Source: Amoeboaphelidium protococcarum X5 (Eukaryota > Fungi > Aphelidiomycota). From it: a DNA stretch of 64,000 nt. The position numbers were made by a program, and so were the translations under genes. The stretch is from positions 124,001 to 188,000 of the forward strand of contig JALDTO010000251.1 in NCBI GenBank assembly GCA_023515725.1, read 5' to 3'. Below are positions 55,598 to 64,000 of the stretch, one piece after another. Position 1 is the stretch's first letter, and the number at the start of each line of letters is the position of its first letter. Below the pieces are notes generated by a model. That model saw only the letters and a program-made list of their open reading frames with translations. It had not been told where the DNA came from and ran no database searches.

Positions 55598-56054
55598 ATG
55601 GGGCATAACAGAGCAATATGGGGCTCACTTTAATAATAATAGTGTTATATGTGTGGATTTAAATGTGATTCCAGTATTACGTAATGAAGAGAAAAGAGGA
55701 GTTGCAACGCGAGTCGAGCAAGTTGTTCGTCAAAATGTAGAGCGGTGAAACGGTTTCAGATGATAATAGTTGCCTAAATGATATATGTTGTATGCCTCAG
55801 ACGGGCCGAGATCTGCTCAAAATCGGCAAGATTAATTGTTTGAGGCTTAAAAGGAAGTCTATCGATTATATGTTTAGTGAAACATTCCAGAAAGGGAAAC
55901 TCCCTCTATAATTCTGAAACGTGTGTTGCAACTGATCGCCGTCGTCATGACTTCACAATAGACTATAATAAACCAACCATGATAAGTGATAGCTCTCCTT
56001 CGATATATCAACCACCTTGATTTTCTTATCGCATATTTAATCAGGATTGTCAAA

Positions 56055-58139
56055 ATGGATTCAAGCTCTAATTACGATCCTCAACCAGCGCAACAGAAAC
56101 TCAATACTGATCATCGGAATGTTAATCAGGAATTCAAATCTAGATTCCAAGGATTGTCCGTGTCCCCGAGGTTGTAAACTTTAAATCAGACGAATCAAAG
56201 CTTATCTGCCATCAATAAGCAACTTTGGTCGCCATCAGCTGGAGTTTTAATTGCACATGGTCCTGCATCGCTGGCTTTTATGATCGACTACATGCCTCCT
56301 CCGAGTCCGCTAAGAAGGCGTCGACTGCGAAAGCTCGATTCGATGCACAGCTCTGCATCATCTAAAATCTCTTTGCAGACTGTAATTGCCAAGATTGATG
56401 CTGCTTATCAAAGGAAATAAAAGTAACTGCTAAAAACCTAATATAGATTAAGATAAAAGGCGGCATAAGTTCAGCTACGCCAAAGTTAGTAATACTTGAC
56501 CAAGAGTCAATTTTCGGTACAGCTGAGTGCTAAAATACAACTTGATCACGAACTCGCTAATCTCAGGCGTAAAATCATTATTGAAGGTATTGTGAGCAGA
56601 AGCAGTTTTTAGGTGCAAAGGGCTCAGAAATTGGCAACTATATAAAGACTGCGTAAATAATTACAATTGAAAAAGTCCCTGAGTGTTAATGATTTGGCAA
56701 AGTTTGGTGCTGGCTCATCTCATGAGAGCGCGTCTGCTCTCAAAAGATCAATGAGCACCAACTAGATACTGGATCTTCAATAACAAGATTAGTCTAAAGT
56801 TAAAGATTATCTATTCAATCTCGCCGCCGTGTTTGGATCCAACCTTCCTCCCATAACAAAGAATTCTATGCGAGAGTTGAATTTGGAGTCCATCTCGAGT
56901 AACCTCCAGTTGCGACACGATATGTTATTTGATGAAAATCTCGAGTTTAGACCGAATTACAATGGCGATAGAGCTACTAGACTGAAATAGCAATCTCTGG
57001 CATTTTGGTCGTAGCTCAAGTTGGAAATTGATCAAGACTCTTCTAGAAAGACTTTCAAGAAGATCCCAGTGCTACTTCATGAGATTAAGGCGATTCTCCT
57101 CGACATTGTGGCGAATGATGATTACAAACGCTCATTAGAGCAAAATATTGATGTGTCGTTAATTGATCAGTAATTACAGAGGGGAGTTTTTGACGCAGCA
57201 AAATTCATTGCTTATATCGCTGACCTACTAAAATCACATTGCGCGCCTATTAGAGATATACTGGTCGAGAATATGGTGCAGACTTTCAAATGTGGTGATC
57301 TAATCGGCGCCTTACGTCAAGCTTTTGAGATTTTGGAAAAGATGAAGATTGACTTGGCTAATGATTAACTCCGTCGACTGCGGCCATATGTTGTTCAAGA
57401 AGCGGTGAATTATGAGAGGCTTTGCTTCAAAATGTCTTTAAAGAATAGAAGCGGTTCTGTAAAAAACACTGTTGCCTGGTTAAGGCCATATGCTGCTGCC
57501 GTGTAGAAAGATGGTGCTGATGCTTCCGCTGTGTATTACAATGCGCTCATTGATTTGATCAAAGACTTTTCAGACACTTAATAAGCCGTGTAGTCGTCTC
57601 TACCAGAGACATTTAAACTTGATGTTGGTCGTCTGAAAAAGTACCACGATGACTGGCAAGATTTGGTTGTGGTGTCTACAATCTTGTTGATTGTTAAGCA
57701 GTACGCCGGGTCGCGATGTAATAACTTTCACATCAAAGAAATTAAATAGCATCTCAAATTACTACTAAATGAATAGGATACAAAAATGGCGTAACTGACG
57801 GAATTCTGTGTACATGAAGCTTCCAAGATTTGCGGTCGGCAGTTCTCTGATGGAGAGTCCACCTAAATGTCCAACCTAATTGATAAATCTTTATATCCAG
57901 ATAGTCATCTTTATGTTGCTCTGTTTGCACGTGTATAAAACATCATTTTGGAATATCTCAAGTCTGGTGACGTTCTTCCCTCAGACGACGTGTTGGTCAG
58001 ATAAGGCGTGGCTGACGTGAAGGATGATCTGTTGGATCTATTGAAGCGCATCAAATTTTTCGCTGATCACAACAGAGCAGTGTATGTTGATGTTTACGAT
58101 GAAATACTCCTTTAGATTAAATAGAAATAGAACATGTGA
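56055..58139 (+). CDS. T-complex 11 (TCP11)/Sok1-like protein
   Basis: LPPITKNSMRELNL...LQLRHDMLFDENLEFRPN, HCAPIRD, LEKMKIDLANDQLRRLRP, LPETFKLDV.RL, HNRAVY. Confidence 0.87.
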
Positions 58140-58294
58140 CATTTTTAAGAATTCCATTCGCCTTTCATTCATTTTAATGTTTCATCTCTATCGAAAATTT
58201 TAGGGGTATTTCAGTGTCTTTCATTCAACGCGCGGCCTCTTTTGTCTTTCCCTTGTTCGTAAAATTCACATTCATTTGACTATTATAGAGAAGA

Positions 58295-61200
58295 ATGACG
58301 AATAGTTGTGATGTGATTTTTCACAAATTAACTTAATCTTCTGATAATGAAGTTGAATAGTTATAAACGGAGCTTATTTTGTAAATTTTGAATTAACCGC
58401 CTGATATGCTCAAGTTGCAGTCCCATCTGCGCGCGTGTGAGTAATGCTGTAAGGCGTACCGGTAGATTGTTAACCATTTAGAAGATGCCAAATTCAATAT
58501 GGTCCTAAAGTATGACATTGATAGAGTCTCTGACGTGCTCAAAGGTGACCAAGATAATTATTCTGTGTCTTTGAGAGACAATATCAGGATATCATTGGCA
58601 TTTTATGAGGTTCTTCATTAACCGTTTCTCTTGATGGATAATGGAATCGCCCGGGAGATTTCGTAAAGATTAGGCGCTCTGTTGAAAGCCACGTAGAAGC
58701 TCTTTGTTCCTGTGGTGAATGGCGTTGTACCTGTCTCTTTCTTATGGCTAATTGTTCATAAAGACTAGACTCTGCGATTTTGGTCCGCGTAAGTTTTGCA
58801 GTATTTGTAGAGAAAGTCTATTCAGGATATTCGGTTTGATCTGGGAAAAGATGCTAGAATTATCGTAAAGGTGTGGTCATATCTCTTGGATTAGGCATTT
58901 GTGCAGGTGGATTCCTCTACTGTCTCGTCACAGATCAATGATGCTCAATATTGTACAGATGTTTCTAGGATGCTTGATAATGCTTTTGCTGATAGACTAC
59001 TGCTGATCACTCTGAAAACTTTACGAAGATTAATATCTGATAAGGGCCATGGTATCGGTAAAGTTGTATAAATGATATGTAATTTTATGCAAACATATCT
59101 TGATATGAAAAGAGTGGTTGGAGTAAAGTGTTTGGACTATATGCAGCAATCTATCATACCTTTGCAATTCGATGGATGCTCTTCACTCGCCGCCAAGTTG
59201 ACTCAAGTTTTGGATTATGAATCTTCTATGCGCCGGACATCTAATTCTATATCTTAAAAGCCTATTTAATAGGCTAGTAATATTCAATAATCTACACTGC
59301 CATTTAAATCGGTGGCTGGCCCTTCAGTGGCCAAAACTTTGCAGTAGTAGTAGTTTAGTGCAATTCATTAGAGACCTTCAGCTGTTATTCAGCCGCCTAA
59401 GACTAGTAGTTAAAGATCCGCGGCATTTTAAGCAATTAAGTAATAGGTAAAGAATGATCCCATAAAGATGCCATTAAAACGCCCTTAGTAAGAGATGCTT
59501 GGTGATACCTAGAACGGTGATTCGCAGGGCAAGCGATTAACTATTGAATCTCTAGGATCGGTGACTGCTAATAGTTCCACCGGTAATAGGCAGGTCAAGT
59601 TATTGTCTGGATTCACTCCAAAGAAGCCTGCAACATTAATTCAACTTCCTGGTGCCTCTAATCAAGTACGTAGAGCCAAGACTGTTGAGCTGTTTGTCAA
59701 TGATCTTCTTGAATGGAGCGTGTAAAAACTCTAGACCAATCTGCAATTATTCAGAAAGCCTCTATCAGTGTTTAGTTCTACTGATGCCTATATTAATAAC
59801 TTTGAGCCATTGTTCATCATGGAAGCTAAAGCTCAGTTACTTGGGTAGTTGTAAGAATTTCAGGCAAGTTAGCTGCGTTAGTATAAACTGGTCAATGCCG
59901 TTGCTGTAGACTCTAATCATGAATTGGTATTCGAGATTAAATCATCGGATTATTAATTGATGGAGAATGATCTGCTGCTACTTTGTAATGATGAAATGTC
60001 TAATTTGAAATCCCAAGATTCTGTCTGGTCTTATTTGGAATAATGCCAAAGTTTTACCTTTGGTAAAGTTATTGTGATCAAGAGAACATCCCAGGTAAGT
60101 ACCATGTCTGTACTAGTGCGTAACACAAGTGGAAGACTTTTACACAAGAGTTTAAATTTGAATAAATTATGGACTGTGGGAAGGTTGGGATCTATTGGAA
60201 GTCTAGTAAGAGAACTATCGGCATTGTATAGCGTCGGCAACATAAGACTTGTCAATCATATTCTTAATCCGTAGTTGAAGAATGATAATGTTAATGATCG
60301 TGTGAGAATTGACAGAGTTGCCGATAAGTATGGTCTTAATCCATCGTAAGCCGAGGCTGTCGTCTCTTCTTTGACCATGGCTTAAGGCTTTAAACTCATC
60401 CAAGGCCCTGCAGGAAATGGCAAATCACTGACCATTATTGCCTTCCTTTCTGAATTCTTTACTTAGCAGTCTCGTTTGGTATACGAAGATGGTAAGCGTG
60501 TCCTCTTGTGTGCCCCTTCAAATGCTGCCGTTGATGAATTAGTGCGGCGACTGAGAAATGGCGTCAAGTGCTCTGATGATCGTAGAATTAAATTGAATGT
60601 AGTTAGACTTGGCACGATGGAGGGAGTTCACGAGAGTGTTAAGGATGTTACTCTTGAGTCTTTAGTTGAGATTAAGATAGCTGAAGAGGAGGACTAGGAT
60701 GAGTCTGCCGCTTAAGATACTTCCGCTGATGCAAAGCAACATTTAAGTAATCTTCGTAGCACATTAAAGTAGGTAAAGGATGAGTTGGATGGTTTGTATC
60801 TCCAGTAAGATTAAGCAAAATCCGCCAAGGAAGCTGATGATATTGGCTCAAAGATTTCTGAACGTTACGATAGAAAGTAGAAAGTGATTGAGCAGATCAC
60901 CCAGTTAAAAAGTCGACGAGATAACGATAGAAAACTTATGGACAGTCTATAGCTTAAATACAGATAATAGATTCTGAATCAGGCTCAAGTAATATGCACC
61001 ACTTTAGGATTCTCTGGCCATGATAGCTTTAATTTAATAGATGGCGGATTTAACTATTTGATCGTTGATGAAGCATGTCAAGCAATAGAGCTCTCAACGC
61101 TGATCCCTCTCAAATATCAAGTAAATAAGTGTATTTTAGTTGGAGATCCCAAGCAGTTGCCTCCAACTATCATATCCGAAGATGCAAAAAAGTATGGATA

Positions 61201-61948
61201 TGACTAGAGCTTATTCTCTCGTATGCAGATTGCTTGTCCTCATAGCGTCCATCTATTGAACGTTTAGTACAGAATGCACCCGGCAATATCTAAATTTCCG
61301 ATCTAAATGTTCTATGATGGACTTTTGCAAGACGGTCCGGATATGTTACGTCTCAGTACCAGGAAATGGCATGCAGATCAGTCTTTTCCTCCTTATTAAT
61401 TTTATGATGTTGGAAAGTCCGCTGAGGAGAAGTCTGGCACTTCGCTGGTCAATAAAGCTGAAGCAGATGCCATCATGGCAAAGTTCATCCAGCTTTGTTC
61501 TTCGTATACAGATATTGGCTTCTCTGGGCTGATTGGTATTATCACTCCGTATAAGATGCAAAAGGTGTACTTGCAGAATATGTTCAGGCGAAAGTTTGGC
61601 CCCGAGATACTGAATGCTGTGAATATTAACACTGTTGATGGATTTTAAGGCTAGGAGAAGGATGTGATCTTGTTCTCATGCGTGCGAGCAAATTCAAGGC
61701 AAGCTGTTGGCTTTTTGGCTGATGAACGCCGATTGAATGTGGGACTGACCAGGGCCAAGAGTTCATTGTGGATATTTGGTCATGTCAACTCGCTTCAGTC
61801 CGATTCATGTTGGAGATCGTTGATTGAAGATGCGCGCCATCGTGGCTGTTTTTCCTCAGTAAAGGCGCCATATTTTGGAACAAGAAAGTCCCAATCGACG
61901 CGCTGTGACAATGCTCTCCGTATAGATGGTGAATCAAGTGCCTCTTGA
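58295..61948 (+). CDS. SEN1: Sen1/senataxin-like SF1 (Upf1-like) helicase, ~1217 aa
   Basis: N-term L.ACEQC, LIQGPAGNGKS, LCAPSNAAVDEL, IVDEACQ, LVGDPKQLPPT, QYRMHP, TVDGFQGQEKD, GFLADERRLNVGLTRAK. Confidence 0.87.
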
Positions 61949-62213
61949 TGAGAATAATATGTAAACGCTGTGGACTCTTGATAAAATGATCAAGAATCGG
62001 TCTCTCGTACTTTAGATTGACAGTGACAGCTATTAAATAGATTAAATGAATCTCTTCGATCATTACAATTCAACTCCTAATTATTGTATTTTTTGACCAT
62101 AAGTTTGACATGAATTTAAACACCTGTCTTAATACAATCAGTCGCGCAATGTCCTAAACTGCTCGGCGGTGGCTTGACTAAAAAGTCTTAGCTTGACCAT
62201 GCCGGCTCATCGA

Positions 62214-62244
62214 ACTGACTGACTGACTGACTGACTGACCGACC
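62214..62244 (+). repeat. (ACTG)n microsatellite upstream of the small orphan gene
   Basis: actgactgactgactgactgactgaccgacc. Confidence 0.9.
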
Positions 62245-62487
62245 AACTTTCCGTTTCCAACCAGAATTTCAAACAGGTCCGTGTGAAATTTCTCAAAAAC
62301 AAGCGCGAAATCAAAGTCTTTCCCGCTCTTTTCCTTAGCTCGTACGGATTGAACACTTAAAGTATATAAAGCAATTTGTATTTGAATCTGAAACATACTT
62401 CCCTCAGTTAATACTTGTGACCAGTCTCTGCCTTAAGATTTGAATTTGTAAAAAAACAGTCAAGACAATAACAACCGTTATAATACA

Positions 62488-62799
62488 ATGCCTGCTTAGT
62501 CTAGTAATAATCAAAATGCTTCTGCTTCAAACCAGAGTGGAAAGTCGTCTAATCTGTTTGCGTTCAATGTTGCCGTGCCTTACATTATGAGTGTTGGTGT
62601 TGATGTGAGCAAGACTTCGGTCGGTGTCAAGGGTCAGTGGGGTCAGTACAAGGAGAGAGCTGTGAATGTTCCAGTGCCTGAATTGGTTCAGAGAAGCGCT
62701 GCTTATGGCTATTCTTTCGTTGCTCCATACGCTCAATGGACGTATAAGAAGGTGTTTGAACCTACTCCTGCTATTGCTGCTGCATAGAAGGCTAATTGA
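62488..62799 (+). CDS. Small hypothetical protein, 103 aa
   Basis: A-rich leader (ACAATG), TGA-terminated frame, strongly T-ending codons (GCT/GTT/GGT/CCT) like RPP1 and RNR1. Confidence 0.7.
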
Positions 62800-63209
62800 A
62801 ATGTGATAATTCAGCTAAGTAGTCCATATATAAAGAATGAGTACTACTTTCTAGTTTTCAGTACCTCTTGCGAGCTCCTAATCAGCGAGATGCATTCTAT
62901 TATCAAATGTCAACAGACTATTGTTTTTTTATTAAAATTGGCGTTTAGAGTGATCCGAGTCCACCTCTTGAATCAGCACCAGCATCCATTACGACCTGTA
63001 TGAATGTTGAAACATTTATCAACTTGACTTATTGCGCAATACAATAAAGAGTGTAAACAGTTGGACAAACATCACCACAAATTAAATTCAATTATCATTT
63101 CATTCATTCATCATCATCAAGTTCATAATTAGCCGATGCTTGCGTTATCGTTAATGACGCGTTGAACTTATCTGGAGGAACTGCTTCACTTTCTTGAGGC
63201 AATTTGACA

Positions 63210-63977
63210 TCATGCGAGTTGTCGACTGCTTGCTTCATTCTACACCGAATTGACTGACAATTATTGATTGATAATAACTCCTGCCTCAGAATTGGTCGTC
63301 GATGACAATGATGCGACCATTTCGCTTGAAAATTGTTGCGCAGAGAATGAACTGGGGGATTGCACGGAAGGAGTAGGTAGTGACAGGCTATATAGAAGAT
63401 GTTTTTTTACCATCTATTCACCAGTATCAGGTGCTGTATCTTCCCACATTAAATCGAACACATCATGATTACGCAATTCTTCAAATTCAAGATCAGCCAT
63501 ATACAGAGTCAGTGTGGTGTTTCTTATTAGTGCAAAAACTCCCAGATTCTATGGGAGTACTCGCTGCTGGAGTTGAACGTATTTACTGAACGACAGTTTG
63601 CGTGAGATGGATTTCAGTTGGCGTGATGCTTCGGAGCAGACCATGAGAAACCAAAGTGCTTCCAATTGACGCGCTGGATAAGCCTTTGCCATAACGCTAC
63701 TCCATGTACTCGGCTTTAGCAGTGAAATTTTGGGGGTTCTTAGCAGCCGAAATATAAGTATCAACAGTTGTTGTGACGACGCTGGTCCATTCAAAAGCTA
63801 TTAGGCCAAAACGCGGACACCATTGGCATTAAAACGTACTGTAGTAACACACCAGCTCAATACGAGACATACGTTCAACAATCACGTTATGAATTTCAAA
63901 ATCACTCACCGTTCAATCTGCCCAATACTATGTACCTCTCACCTTACCTGTGGGGCTTCAATTAACTTTTAATCCAT
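63210..63977 (-). CDS. Hypothetical protein; 5' exon structure unresolved
   Basis: Frame open from 63881 to TGA at 63210 (..ARQLEALWFLMVCSEASR..ELRNHDVFDLMWED..). Candidate first exon MDQKLIEAPQ followed by GTAAGG at 63947, but no clean in-frame acceptor was found. Confidence 0.4.
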
Positions 63978-64000
63978 ACAGACAGACAGACAGATAGGCT

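Noticed and set aside
63610-63665. LMVCSEASR resembling the ribosome-inactivating protein EAARF motif
   Set aside because: Only a short partial match; other RIP catalytic residues could not be placed and the gene model is uncertain.

Overview
Gene-dense, nearly intron-free eukaryotic nuclear DNA with about 31 protein genes and one RNase P RNA in 64 kb. It is read with a non-standard code: TAA and TAG encode Gln and TGA is the only stop (translation table 6 type). The supplied standard-code ORF track therefore fragments almost every gene; with TAR=Gln, nearly all become long uninterrupted ATG..TGA frames. Gene content is fungal/holomycotan (monofunctional thymidylate synthase, Pkc1 with HR1-C2-C1, Rvs161, Sok1/TCP11, hybrid histidine kinase, UreD). 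Together with the code, this best fits an aphelid such as Amoeboaphelidium protococcarum (inference, not database-checked). Most notable items: a nuclear-encoded bacterial-type release factor RF2 (SPY/GGQ), a UNC-80 (NALCN channelosome) homologue, an RNase P RNA with a very long P3 and bacterial-looking P4 strands, an unidentified structured RNA candidate at about 9.1 kb, C-terminal extensions that begin with TAA/TAG runs exactly where homologues end (Pkc1, and a mitochondrial carrier that reads into the convergent gene), TGAN tetranucleotide arrays, and CGCG motifs in most promoters. All coordinates and translations were made by hand; protein identities come from recognised motifs, not searches.
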